This document shows positions 1 to 8,863 of a stretch of DNA of 64,000 nt, one piece after another (the first letter of the stretch is position 1; every line of letters begins with the position of its first letter). This DNA is from an uncultured virus (IMG/VR IMGVR_UViG_3300032677_000013) (taxonomy: Duplodnaviria > Heunggongvirae > Uroviricota > Caudoviricetes), in the IMG/VR virus record IMGVR_UViG_3300032677_000013, one strand, 5' to 3'. A program made the position numbers and the translations under genes. Under the pieces are notes generated by a model. The model saw only the letters and a program-made list of their open reading frames with translations, was not told the DNA's origin and did no database searches.

Positions 1-396
1 GCCGAACTGACGGTTGATGTTGAACTGACGTTCCCGGCCTTTGTCACTGAGGTGATCCGCTGGGCTTGGGATGCGTGCAAGGCCGATGCGAGCGTCGAAG
101 GAAATGTGACTAGCGGGGACTTCGCGAAGAACGCCAGCAGCGGGGACTACGCGACGAACGCCAGCAGCGGGGACTACGCCTATAATGAGGCCACGGGCCA
201 GCATTCCGTGATCAGCGGGGCAGGGCGCGGCACCCAATACAAGGGCGCTGTTGGCGTGTGGATTTCCGCCGCTGAATACACCAAGATTGGCGGCGCTTGG
301 CGCTGCATTGGCTTCGCCACTGGGCAGGCTGGGCATGATGGTGTCCCCGCCAACACATGGCTGATCGCCAAAGGCGGCAGGCTGGTGCCAGCATGA
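1..396 (+). CDS. 3' part of NASSGDYA-repeat phage protein (DUF7666-like), 2-repeat allele, 5' truncated
   Basis: same protein as the C-terminal part of 34773-36260 but with only 2 NASSG units. Confidence 0.8.
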   Translation, partial: AELTVDVELTFPAFVTEVIRWAWDACKADASVEGNVTSGDFAKNASSGDYATNASSGDYAYNEATGQHSVISGAGRGTQYKGAVGVWISAAEYTKIGGAWRCIGFATGQAGHDGVPANTWLIAKGGRLVPA

Positions 397-584
397 TTGC
401 TACCGTTGCCCCGACGGGCCGCAAAACCCGCATTTCGCCTGATAGCGCTTGGCCGCTCCGCCGCGCCGAGGGAAACCCGTTTTATGAACCCCGCATTACC
501 GCCGCCTCGCCTACTCACCCCGCAGGGGCTCAACCCGTCGCGCGTATCGAGGCTATGCGCGGCGCAAAGGGAGGCGCGCAATGA
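393..584 (+). CDS. hypothetical protein
   Basis: ATGA overlaps at both ends. Confidence 0.5.
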   Translation: MIATVAPTGRKTRISPDSAWPLRRAEGNPFYEPRITAASPTHPAGAQPVARIEAMRGAKGGAQ

Positions 585-1309
585 ACGCTCCTGGCAAGAT
601 TGAAGCGGCAAAGCTCTATAGCGCGATGGCCGCTGCCTTTGCTGAAATTGAAGGCGCGACCAAGCTTAATATTGGGCAAGTCGGCCAGCAAAAATACAAG
701 TATGCCGACCTAACTTCCGTCATCGAGGCGATTAAGCCCGCACTGGTCAAGAATGGTCTGTTCTTCATCCAGAAGCCGGAGCCGTGCGAACGTGGCGTTA
801 CCATCGAAACCATAGTCGGCCATTCTGGCGGGGAGGCGATGAGCCTTGGCTCGTTGTTCGTTCCGGCGAACAAGAACGACGCGCAGGGGTATGGGTCCGC
901 ACTCACTTACGCCCGCCGATATGCGCTGGTGACTGCATTCGGTGTGCCGGTGGAGGATGATGATGGCAATGCCGCTGTTAGGTCGCAGGAGGGACAAAGC
1001 CATGCAGGCGCGGTTAGCCCTCCTGCCGCCAAACGCGAGCCAAGGCATAGCGCCCTGAAAACGTCCCTGCGCGCCTTTGTTCATGAATTGAACGGGTGCG
1101 GCGATGGCGACGAATTGAGCGCGTTTCTGGCAACGGCGGATTCCGTCAAACTGGTGGCCGAAGTGAAAGATAAGGTTCCCCACTGGTGGGATGGCGAGGA
1201 CTGGCCCGATGGTGAGGAACGTCCTCCCGAGTTTGTGCCGCTCGCCGACCGGATCAATCAGCGCATGGATGAATGTGCCCATCGCACCGTTGGGCAATTT
1301 CACACGTAA
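581..1309 (+). CDS. erf: ERF-family ssDNA annealing protein
   Basis: YKYADL and QGYGSALTYARRYAL..FG..EDDDGN motifs. Confidence 0.93.
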   Translation: MNAPGKIEAAKLYSAMAAAFAEIEGATKLNIGQVGQQKYKYADLTSVIEAIKPALVKNGLFFIQKPEPCERGVTIETIVGHSGGEAMSLGSLFVPANKNDAQGYGSALTYARRYALVTAFGVPVEDDDGNAAVRSQEGQSHAGAVSPPAAKREPRHSALKTSLRAFVHELNGCGDGDELSAFLATADSVKLVAEVKDKVPHWWDGEDWPDGEERPPEFVPLADRINQRMDECAHRTVGQFHT

Positions 1310-1320
1310 GGAGAATGGAA

Positions 1321-1635
1321 ATGCGAAATGTAATTGCCGGTATCGGCGCGATAGCCCTGACAGTTGGGGTTATCTTCGGTCTCAGTTATTTGGGTTACAA
1401 ATCCTACGAGTTTTTTGCGCCACGCTACGTGGCGGTGGACTCCAGGGTGTTCAAGCAGTCGGTGCAATACAATGAGGGGATGGTCCGCGACCTGACCGAG
1501 CTGCAAAGCCAATATGTCACCAGTGACGATGCTGGCAAAGCGGCCCTGCGCCCTATCATCCGTCACCGTTTCGAAGTCTACGACGAGAACCGTCTGCCCG
1601 CTGATCTTGCGGCGTTTTATGACAGCATCAAATAG
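1321..1635 (+). CDS. membrane-anchored hypothetical protein
   Basis: RBS AAGGAGA; N-terminal TM helix. Confidence 0.75.
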   Translation: MRNVIAGIGAIALTVGVIFGLSYLGYKSYEFFAPRYVAVDSRVFKQSVQYNEGMVRDLTELQSQYVTSDDAGKAALRPIIRHRFEVYDENRLPADLAAFYDSIK

Positions 1636-1645
1636 GAGATCCAAC

Positions 1646-2143
1646 GTGAACAAACTTATTCTTGCCGTGCTGCCGTTGCTTACACTTGGTGCCTGTAAAT
1701 GGCCGGATAACTCCGACGACATTGCCAACCAACAACAAGAACGACTATCCAAGCAATCTGTCGAGTCTGTCGGCCTTCCGGCTATTGTGAACTTCCAAGA
1801 GAAGCGCGTGCTTAAGGATATTCTTGAACTGCGTGACACACCAAACCTTGTGACATACACTTACATTACGGACCTTAACGGTCATTTGCACAAGGTTTGT
1901 GACAGTATCGGATATGGTGTTCCCTACGCTACGCAATACACGAACCCTCAGCGCATCGCGCCTGCAGAAGAGTTGATTTCTAGCGGCAACATCACCGTAC
2001 CACAAGCCGATCCAAACGGCCTGTTTTCGCCCGCCAGTGCTGATGGCACATGGGTTCTGTGCAAGGTGCCCGGCAAGGATGATGTGAAGCCTGTCTACAT
2101 CGAGCCGCGCATTCTTACATCTCCCTTCCCATTGAATGTGTGA
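1646..2143 (+). CDS. lipoprotein of unknown function
   Basis: RBS AGGAG, GTG start, signal peptide with lipobox LGAC. Confidence 0.8.
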   Translation: MNKLILAVLPLLTLGACKWPDNSDDIANQQQERLSKQSVESVGLPAIVNFQEKRVLKDILELRDTPNLVTYTYITDLNGHLHKVCDSIGYGVPYATQYTNPQRIAPAEELISSGNITVPQADPNGLFSPASADGTWVLCKVPGKDDVKPVYIEPRILTSPFPLNV

Positions 2144-2152
2144 GGCATAATC

Positions 2153-2524
2153 ATGCAGATTATCACCATAGACGGCTATCTCAGCCGCGATGCCGAAATC
2201 TCCACCACACAGAAGGGCGAGACCGTCACCCGCTGGAATGTCCCCGTTAAGCAGGGCTTCGGCGTTAAGGAGCGCACCAATTGGTTTCGCGTTTCCATTT
2301 GGGGCAAGCGGGCAGATTTTGCCTCACGCGCTCGCAAGGGTGATCTGGCCTTTGTGACCGGCGAACTGACCATCGGAGAGTATGAGGGTAAGCCTCAATA
2401 TGAAATCCGCGCCGGTGATTTTCGCAGCGTTAAGCCGGCTCCGCGCGATGGCAGCCAGGGGGCTTCGCCGCAGACATGCGCCGCTCCGGATTTTGATCCG
2501 CTCGATGACGACATTCCGTTCTGA
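2153..2524 (+). CDS. ssb: single-stranded DNA-binding protein
   Basis: OB-fold motifs (G.L.RDAE, TNWFRVSIWGKRA); acidic tail DDDIPF. Confidence 0.95.
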   Translation: MQIITIDGYLSRDAEISTTQKGETVTRWNVPVKQGFGVKERTNWFRVSIWGKRADFASRARKGDLAFVTGELTIGEYEGKPQYEIRAGDFRSVKPAPRDGSQGASPQTCAAPDFDPLDDDIPF

Positions 2525-2539
2525 TCTTTCCACCCAGGG

Positions 2540-2573
2540 AGCCGGGAGGGCCAATAATCCTCCCGGTTATTTT
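2540..2573 (+). terminator. hairpin/intrinsic terminator after ssb
   Basis: CCGGGAGG-9nt-CCTCCCGG followed by TTATTTT. Confidence 0.55.
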
Positions 2574-2574
2574 C

Positions 2575-2925
2575 ATGCGAGTGAATACGGCACCCCGCCA
2601 CAAAAACGCGCCCCGGCCAGCGTGGAAGGTGGCGAGCAGCTATCTCCAATGGTTGCGCGGTCGGCCATGCGCGGTTGATGGGCCGATATGCGAAGGCAAG
2701 ATCGAAGCTGCCCATGTTGACCATGCTGGCGACAAAGGCATGGGAACCAAGGTTTCGGATCGTTTCGCAATTCCGCTCTGCGCCGGACATCATCGACGCC
2801 AGCACGCGCGGGGATGGGCAACATTTGAACGCGAATGCCTTGGCGGCAAAAGTGCTGTGGCAATGGCCGATGCTTACTGGATGCAATGGCCTGGACGCAC
2901 CGCATGGGAGAATGCAAATGGCTAA
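2575..2925 (+). CDS. DUF968-like/HNH-related Zn-binding protein
   Basis: YLQWLR..PC, EAAHV, GMGTK.SD..AIPLC..HH..QH motif. Confidence 0.8.
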   Translation: MRVNTAPRHKNAPRPAWKVASSYLQWLRGRPCAVDGPICEGKIEAAHVDHAGDKGMGTKVSDRFAIPLCAGHHRRQHARGWATFERECLGGKSAVAMADAYWMQWPGRTAWENANG

Positions 2926-3244
2926 TATCGAGCGGTCAATATCTGAGGCCGAGGAACTATTCGTTTCCGCTGGTCAAGCCAAGATCAGGGCCGAGGGGCT
3001 CGATCTTCGCCGTAAGCGCGTCCGTGCTACCCTGTTTTGCAAATACAAGGGAGACGGCCATGCAGCGGGTGCCAGTGAGCAAATGGCCGAGGCCGATCCG
3101 GTCTATGAAATGGCCTGCATTGATTGGGAAACCGCCGCGATGGAGGCGGAAACCTTGCGCGCCCAAGCAGAGGCAAAGCGCCTTCGCTTTGAGGCATGGC
3201 GCACCCAACAATCGACCGCCCGCGCCCAAATGAACCTGAGGTGA
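2918..3244 (+). CDS. helical hypothetical phage protein
   Basis: overlapping start; coiled coil ending FEAWRTQQSTARA. Confidence 0.7.
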   Translation: MANIERSISEAEELFVSAGQAKIRAEGLDLRRKRVRATLFCKYKGDGHAAGASEQMAEADPVYEMACIDWETAAMEAETLRAQAEAKRLRFEAWRTQQSTARAQMNLR

Positions 3245-3396
3245 TGAGCATGACCCATATCCGCGAACTGTTGTTCTGGACGTTTCTCGCCTGCCTGTCG
3301 CCGTTGCTGATTGTGGCGCTTGTGTTGGGATTCGCGTTTGTCTTGGCGGCTGCTGTTCCGCTGGCTCTGGCTGAGTTTGTGAGGGGTGGAAAATGA
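3244..3396 (+). CDS. small membrane protein
   Basis: long hydrophobic stretch; coupled to neighbours. Confidence 0.55.
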   Translation: MSMTHIRELLFWTFLACLSPLLIVALVLGFAFVLAAAVPLALAEFVRGGK

Positions 3397-3569
3397 CCCC
3401 GCTCATCCAACAAGCTCGCGAGCGCGTCAAAGACAGCAAGTTATGGGGACGCACCTGCGTCAAGGCAATCATGGGGGGCCATTGGGATAATGGCTCACTG
3501 ATCCGTCAGGCTGTCAATAAAATCGAGGCCGAGCAAATGCGCGCCATGAAGGAGGCAGAGCATGGTTGA
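3393..3569 (+). CDS. 58-aa WG..GHWD protein (partner of ACP-like gene), not in ORF track
   Basis: MTPLIQQARERVKDSKLWGRTCVKAIMGGHWDNGSLIRQAVNKIEAEQ; homologue at 41750-41923. Confidence 0.8.
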   Translation: MTPLIQQARERVKDSKLWGRTCVKAIMGGHWDNGSLIRQAVNKIEAEQMRAMKEAEHG

Positions 3570-3813
3570 GGATATGGCAGATACACGCCGCGCCGTCCTT
3601 GCGCTGATCGCCCGCTATGCCGGATGCGAGCCACGCCAACTTGCCGATGACGATAGCCTGCGCGCCGATCTTTGGATTGACGCGATAGACCTATGCGACA
3701 TGACAATGGAGATGGAGCCCATTGCCGGTTGTGACATCACGCAAGAGGTTATGACCGCATGGGAGACTGTGGGCGATGTGGTGCGCTGGGTTGAAATGCA
3801 GGATTCCCCTTGA
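3562..3813 (+). CDS. acyl carrier protein-like, attachment Ser replaced by Ala
   Basis: SLRADLWIDAIDLCDMTMEME...WETVGDVV aligns to ACP [21 protein letters not shown]...ITTVQAAI. Confidence 0.8.
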   Translation: MVEDMADTRRAVLALIARYAGCEPRQLADDDSLRADLWIDAIDLCDMTMEMEPIAGCDITQEVMTAWETVGDVVRWVEMQDSP

Positions 3814-3838
3814 CGCGCGGGGAATATCCGCGTATTCA
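3810..3838 (+). promoter_or_regulatory. putative sigma70 promoter with palindromic spacer
   Basis: TTGACG-17nt-TATTCA; spacer is CGCGG-N7-CCGCG. Confidence 0.45.
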
Positions 3839-3844
3839 TGGGGA

Positions 3845-4000
3845 ATGAACTGGAAGCTACACCTCACCGAACAAGAGCGCACGCGGATTAATGTAATCCC
3901 CGGCCAGCGCAAAGCGTTGACCGCTGAATATCAGCGCATTCGAGATCGCTGCAAAAAGCGCGCCAAGGCTAGGGCTATGCAGGAGAAAACGCATGACTAA
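3845..4000 (+). CDS. small basic hypothetical protein
   Basis: MNWKLHLTEQER..., overlaps next start. Confidence 0.55.
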   Translation: MNWKLHLTEQERTRINVIPGQRKALTAEYQRIRDRCKKRAKARAMQEKTHD

Positions 4001-4715
4001 CACTAACATTCCCGAAGACTACAAGCCAGTCCCTGCTGGTTGCACTTCCATGCCAGATGATGCTGATCCTGATGCGCTGGTTTGGATGTGCAGGGAATGG
4101 CTGGGTGATCTTGCCGTGAACGTTGATGGGTATGACTGGCAGCATCATGTCAAAGCCTACAAACCCAAGCATCTAAAAGTCAGCGAGAAGAAGTTGCAAG
4201 ACGACGCTCATGACAAGGCTATGGCGCAGTATGAAGCCTTAGTTCAGAGGTTATCCAAACCCAGCGAGAAGTCACTGGCCGAGGCAGTGCGGCGGTTGAA
4301 TGAACCATTCGCACCAACGGCTGCTTTGTTTGGGCCTCGTTCGTCTTGTTCTATTACTTTCGCCCTCGCACTGGATGAGATTGACCGGCTGAAGGAGGAA
4401 CGGGATAACTACGCACACATAGTATTGAATATAGATGAAAACCCACCCATTACCGAAGAAACGCTGCTGAAAGAGGCGCGGGAGATTTGGAACGCGTGGC
4501 CGGTGAACCAAGACGCTACACTGGAGGCTATTCTGAAAGTTATCCGTCGCGGCGTTGATGAGCTCGCTGGTGGGGAGGTTGCCGAGAAGGTTGATCCCGA
4601 TGCCGAGGCGCTGAAGCGGGTGTTGGGAACTGCCTACGAACCGTCTCAAGATGTATTTGCCAGTATGGTGTCGCGTCTCAAAGCAGAACTGGCCGCAGCA
4701 AAGGAGCGTGGGTGA
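3993..4715 (+). CDS. mosaic hypothetical protein
   Basis: RBS AGGAG; contains blocks shared with 44040-44309. Confidence 0.7.
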   Translation: MTNTNIPEDYKPVPAGCTSMPDDADPDALVWMCREWLGDLAVNVDGYDWQHHVKAYKPKHLKVSEKKLQDDAHDKAMAQYEALVQRLSKPSEKSLAEAVRRLNEPFAPTAALFGPRSSCSITFALALDEIDRLKEERDNYAHIVLNIDENPPITEETLLKEAREIWNAWPVNQDATLEAILKVIRRGVDELAGGEVAEKVDPDAEALKRVLGTAYEPSQDVFASMVSRLKAELAAAKERG

Positions 4716-4771
4716 TGAGCACTAATTTTGGAGGCTGCGGCTTCCACTGCAACAATGGAAAGGACTGACCG

Positions 4772-5230
4772 ATGGAGAGTGAGTTGAAGCCGTGCCCGAA
4801 ATGTAACGCTGGCCCCGGCGAGGGGTGTTATGCTGAAATTTTGACTGCGGCGCATGTCGTTACAACCGTCCGCGCCGCCCTCACCGCCTACGAGAGCGCG
4901 GGGGTGGAGATGCAGCGGGAACTTATCGAGGCTGCGTTTAACGCGCTGCACGACGAACCCGACGCAATCCGCGAGGGTGTAGCGTGGGGCATCTGGCATA
5001 ACCAGCGCCGGAAGGCCCGCGAAATGCTCGACGCCGAAGCCTATCTCGACGCGGTGATGATGTTAAAACCAGAAGGGTGCCGAGTGCGCGTAGACATCAT
5101 GGAGGATGGGTGCGGTGGTGCTTGGGTGTGGTGGCCCACAGAATACGCTGGACTAACTACCCCACGCTACGCCACCCCAGCACTCGCGCTCCTAGCCGCC
5201 ATATGTAGGGATTTGGGGAGTGAGGGGTGA
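4772..5230 (+). CDS. hypothetical protein (LKPCPKC N-terminus)
   Basis: C-terminal half nearly identical to 44518-44859. Confidence 0.7.
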   Translation: MESELKPCPKCNAGPGEGCYAEILTAAHVVTTVRAALTAYESAGVEMQRELIEAAFNALHDEPDAIREGVAWGIWHNQRRKAREMLDAEAYLDAVMMLKPEGCRVRVDIMEDGCGGAWVWWPTEYAGLTTPRYATPALALLAAICRDLGSEG

Positions 5231-5233
5231 TGG
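5017..5233 (+). repeat. 217-bp block shared with 44646-44862
   Basis: manual alignment shows 3 mismatches. Confidence 0.9.
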
Positions 5234-5276
5234 CCACCATCCGCAACCTCGATCCCGAGGCTATTGCGCAAGGAAA

Positions 5277-5582
5277 TTAGCACCATGTTCCCAGCACGGC
5301 TTCCCCGTTCACCGCGTCCTGGGTGACGCTGGCAGGAACCGAACCGGCGAATGCCCCCGGCGTCGAGTTCGGGTCATTGATGGTGAGATACCACTGGCCC
5401 GCCACACCAGCAGCGGGGGCCGTGGTCGTGGTTCCGTCGAGATTGGTGGTTGTGGCGGCCGGGGTCGCGGGCAGGGGACCACGCGCGTTGGGGAAAAGGA
5501 TGATGGGAGCACTGCCGGAAGTATCAACCAGCATGGCCTTAAGGTCATTCACATTTGACGAGGTGAAATAGAAAACAGCCAT
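5277..5582 (-). CDS. hypothetical protein, last late gene
   Basis: starts immediately after upstream stop; T/A/P-rich. Confidence 0.65.
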   Translation of the reverse strand: MAVFYFTSSNVNDLKAMLVDTSGSAPIILFPNARGPLPATPAATTTNLDGTTTTAPAAGVAGQWYLTINDPNSTPGAFAGSVPASVTQDAVNGEAVLGTWC

Positions 5583-5583
5583 G

Positions 5584-6864
5584 TCAGTTGATCCTTTGCA
5601 GCGCAGAGCCGGTGTAGGTATTGCGATAGAAACGGACGGTTTTGAGATGCCCAAACAGGCCGCTACCCAGCAGCGCCTCGGTCAGCCCTGTCGGGATAGA
5701 GCCCGTTCCGGTGATCGGATTTCCACCATTGATGGAGAGGGCAAAGCCAGAAGGCCCGTAACTGAACGCCAGCTTGAACGTCGCGCCGATAGTCGGCGAG
5801 CCAGAGCCGATCGAGACCTGCTGCGTTCCTCCTGCGGTGACGAGAGCGTTGTAGACGCCGTTGACCAAGGCAATCTGAATGACGTTGCTGTTGGTGCCGT
5901 TATCAACGCGGAATAGCTGCTGAGTGCCAGTGACGGTGCCGTTGAACAGGCCCTCGACATCGGCGGTGACGACAATCGTGCCCTGTGTGGGATTGAACCA
6001 CGAGGTGAAGTTGCTGCCGGTCATCGTGAAGGCATCAGCCGCGCGCGTGACACTGGTTGTGGTGGTGGGGATAACACTAGACGAGAAGGGAAGGGCTTCC
6101 GCCTGCACTCCCCAGCGATAGAATGTCGATGAGCCATCGCCGGTAAAGGACGGAGCAAGGGAGGAGGAGCCGCCGTTGCTCACCCACTCCTGAAAATTGG
6201 CGACGCCAGAGGTTCCCGCACTGATAATGCCGGTGGCCTGCGTCTTATACCAGCTTGATCCTGCCGCCGCGATGGAGGAGGACGTTAGAGACCCGTCGCC
6301 CTGATAGCCGCTGTTGCCGGTTTTCGCGCCCGTCGAAACGTTGAACTCGCTCCAGAAGGAGTAGGTTGCCCCGTTGGTGGCATCCAACTGAACCGTTGTG
6401 GCCTGCGAGCCAGAGCCGTATTTGTAATAGGCACTGAGTGTGTAGGTAGAGCCTGCGGTATAGGAAAACTTGTTAGAGTTGTAATCGCCGTGGACGTTAT
6501 TCGCGGTGGTCGGCACCACGGATACGCCAGTTGTTGTGCCGTCCGGCGCGGTCGTCGCCGCTGCGGTAAGGGTGGTAAGCTGCGCCGTATAGCCAGTGGT
6601 GGAAGATGAGTTGAGGTTGAGGTTGGTGCTCTGACCCTCGGAATAGAGACCGAGCAGCGTGCCCCCGGAATAGTCAAACCGAGCAACGTTATTGGCCGCG
6701 CTGGTCAGAACGCCAGACGCATTGGTGTAGTATGCCGTCGATGGCCGCGACAGGCTGATACGCGGATCGAGCGTTGTCGTGGTCAGGAAGTTGAGGGATA
6801 GTGAGGGCCACGCCGTCGCTCCCATCAGTCCCCGCATCCGGTATCTGGCGCGGTTGCGCAGCAT
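5584..6864 (-). CDS. head/tail fibre-like protein with carbohydrate-binding/LamG-like C-terminus
   Basis: ARFDY...GL..E..STN, WG.Q.EA....SS.IPT....VTRAAD and GT+VV motifs. Confidence 0.7.
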   Translation of the reverse strand: MLRNRARYRMRGLMGATAWPSLSLNFLTTTTLDPRISLSRPSTAYYTNASGVLTSAANNVARFDYSGGTLLGLYSEGQSTNLNLNSSSTTGYTAQLTTLTAAATTAPDGTTTGVSVVPTTANNVHGDYNSNKFSYTAGSTYTLSAYYKYGSGSQATTVQLDATNGATYSFWSEFNVSTGAKTGNSGYQGDGSLTSSSIAAAGSSWYKTQATGIISAGTSGVANFQEWVSNGGSSSLAPSFTGDGSSTFYRWGVQAEALPFSSSVIPTTTTSVTRAADAFTMTGSNFTSWFNPTQGTIVVTADVEGLFNGTVTGTQQLFRVDNGTNSNVIQIALVNGVYNALVTAGGTQQVSIGSGSPTIGATFKLAFSYGPSGFALSINGGNPITGTGSIPTGLTEALLGSGLFGHLKTVRFYRNTYTGSALQRIN

Positions 6865-7424
6865 TAAACACCCTGGCCAACAGAGAGGATCAATTCTCCA
6901 CCGGCTGTCTCGGCAATATAAGCCAGCGTGCCACCAGCAGGCGGGATAGTAAATGTTTGGGTTGTGCCGGGTTGAACCGCTATCACACTGGCCGTCCATG
7001 TGCCTGTTGTGGGCACTGCGAGGCTATTGGCAAACGTCAGATAGACAGTATTTGTGCCGCCATTATAGGCCACCATGTTGCCGGAATTGGCAGGAACGGT
7101 GGTGGTCTGGCTCGATGTGGTGGAGGTCAAAACAACTGTGCTGAGAGGGGTAAATGCACCCGTGGCATTGGCCTCTGCCGTTACCTGAATGTTGATCGGT
7201 GACGATCCGGTTGGGATAGCATAGACGTTATCGAAAATAGCCACAGACGGTAGAATATAACGACCCTGATCCAAGAGCATAATGCCGACAGTGTTTGAAG
7301 TCGGTGCCGAAGTCCCGACCGCGACCATGATAGACCCAATAGTTGCCTGAATATCAACATAGGATGCGCCTGACGCTATCAGCGTCCATTGACCAGGTTG
7401 GATGGTATAAGATGTAGTCGTCAT
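6864..7424 (-). CDS. putative structural beta-rich protein
   Basis: T/S/V-rich, TAATG coupling. Confidence 0.6.
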   Translation of the reverse strand: MTTTSYTIQPGQWTLIASGASYVDIQATIGSIMVAVGTSAPTSNTVGIMLLDQGRYILPSVAIFDNVYAIPTGSSPINIQVTAEANATGAFTPLSTVVLTSTTSSQTTTVPANSGNMVAYNGGTNTVYLTFANSLAVPTTGTWTASVIAVQPGTTQTFTIPPAGGTLAYIAETAGGELILSVGQGV

Positions 7425-7426
7425 GG

Positions 7427-7963
7427 CTAGGGTGCTCCATTGTCAAAAGTATCGCTAAGATGGAGTGCCCACAAATAGGCATTCATCGCATAGGTTGCGT
7501 CTGCTGTGCAGGCGTCGAAGTCTTTGCCGCTAACCACGATGGCATCGCTGGCGGAGCCAACAGAAATTGAGGCCGTGTCACCACCGGCGGAGGGCACGTT
7601 ACCGGATGCACTGGGATGGATGGTGTGCAGGCGCTTGTAAACATCACCGGCAGCATCATTGCGAGCCAAGTCTTGCGTTTCATGTGTCTGCGCCTCCTGT
7701 GCATTCTGTGTGATCTGAGCATCCATAGCCGATAGTTTGGCCTGCTCTGCCGCGTCAGCAGCAGCCTCAGCCGTTTTGAAGGCATTGCCCTGCTGAGTGT
7801 ATGCCTTGTGCCACTTGTCAGCCTCATGGGTTTCTACAGCGGCCCAAATGCCAACAACAACCAAAACAGCTATGCCAACATGCCATGCGCTATCAGTCAG
7901 CCAAGCAAACGCCTTGGATGCAAAGCCGCTAAGAGCATCAAACACCAGACTAAACATTGGCAA
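7427..7963 (-). CDS. Rz-like spanin candidate
   Basis: N-terminal TM plus helical periplasmic region, directly after endolysin. Confidence 0.55.
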   Translation of the reverse strand: MPMFSLVFDALSGFASKAFAWLTDSAWHVGIAVLVVVGIWAAVETHEADKWHKAYTQQGNAFKTAEAAADAAEQAKLSAMDAQITQNAQEAQTHETQDLARNDAAGDVYKRLHTIHPSASGNVPSAGGDTASISVGSASDAIVVSGKDFDACTADATYAMNAYLWALHLSDTFDNGAP

Positions 7964-8438
7964 GGCCCTTCTGGCAGATATGAAACTCGCTCATGGGATC
8001 GTAATCCCTGCGGTTTTCCAGTCCCCGCACTTCTATACCATGAACAGTTGATCGCCAATCCTTGAAGGCTTCGCACGCTCCAACATTATCGCGAGACTTA
8101 AACTTCGCGGCCATTGGAGACTTGCACCAGCCACCCGCTCCTGCGTTCCATGCAGCATCAATCGCAGGTCCCAAAAAATAGGGGTTATCTGCAATCTCCG
8201 GCGAACATGCATAGACCTCGGGCGCATAAACCTGAGCCTGATCTTGTTTAAGCATCTCAAGGCACGCCGCCTTGGTATAGTCATGCATCGCCACATAGCG
8301 TTCGCCGTTGCACACGCTCTCATAGCCTCCCATATCCCGATAGGGATGGAGAACCGTGCCCTCAAAGTGAATAGCCATAGGCGCGCTCACCGCCACAGCG
8401 GCGGCAATCATCATGGCTTTGGGTTTAGGCTTTGCCAC
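7950..8438 (-). CDS. SAR endolysin, GH24 lysozyme
   Basis: Ala-rich SAR after basic N-terminus; FEG..PYRD..G..S.C.G; GL.NRR. Confidence 0.88.
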   Translation of the reverse strand: MAKPKPKAMMIAAAVAVSAPMAIHFEGTVLHPYRDMGGYESVCNGERYVAMHDYTKAACLEMLKQDQAQVYAPEVYACSPEIADNPYFLGPAIDAAWNAGAGGWCKSPMAAKFKSRDNVGACEAFKDWRSTVHGIEVRGLENRRDYDPMSEFHICQKGLANV

Positions 8439-8631
8439 TTCCCGAGCCTTTTTTGACCATCAGGATTACCCCGGCAACCGCCCCTGCCCACGCAATGCGA
8501 GGATCGAACTGGGCAAAATGCGGGGCAATCGAGCTGACGGCGGTGATGACGATGCCAATCCATGTGCTGGCCTCGTGCCACATATTCTTTGCGCGCTCTT
8601 CAATCCATGCAAACAACATATCAGCCTCCAA
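8425..8631 (-). CDS. holin (2 TM)
   Basis: EASTW.GI motif, two TM helices, basic tail, next to lysozyme. Confidence 0.65.
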   Translation of the reverse strand: MEADMLFAWIEERAKNMWHEASTWIGIVITAVSSIAPHFAQFDPRIAWAGAVAGVILMVKKGSGSGKA

Positions 8632-8863
8632 ACTTGTCTAGCAGCCACTCGCCGCACAACGTCATAATACTACCCAAGATGCCCGCAAAAAACATCCAAA
8701 CCCGGTTGGAGCCCTTGCGTTCTGCCTCCACCCTCTCAATTGCCTCAAGGCGTTGATCGATGGCCTTAAGGGTTTGGCTCATGGCTTTGAGCGTTTCTTT
8801 CACGTTCGAAATTTCCGCTCCAAATGAACCTATGGCGGAACTCACTTGATCAATAGTTGTCAA
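8621..8863 (-). CDS. coiled-coil plus C-terminal TM lysis-cassette protein
   Basis: TTG start overlapping upstream TGA after GGAGG. Confidence 0.6.
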   Translation of the reverse strand: MTTIDQVSSAIGSFGAEISNVKETLKAMSQTLKAIDQRLEAIERVEAERKGSNRVWMFFAGILGSIMTLCGEWLLDKFGG

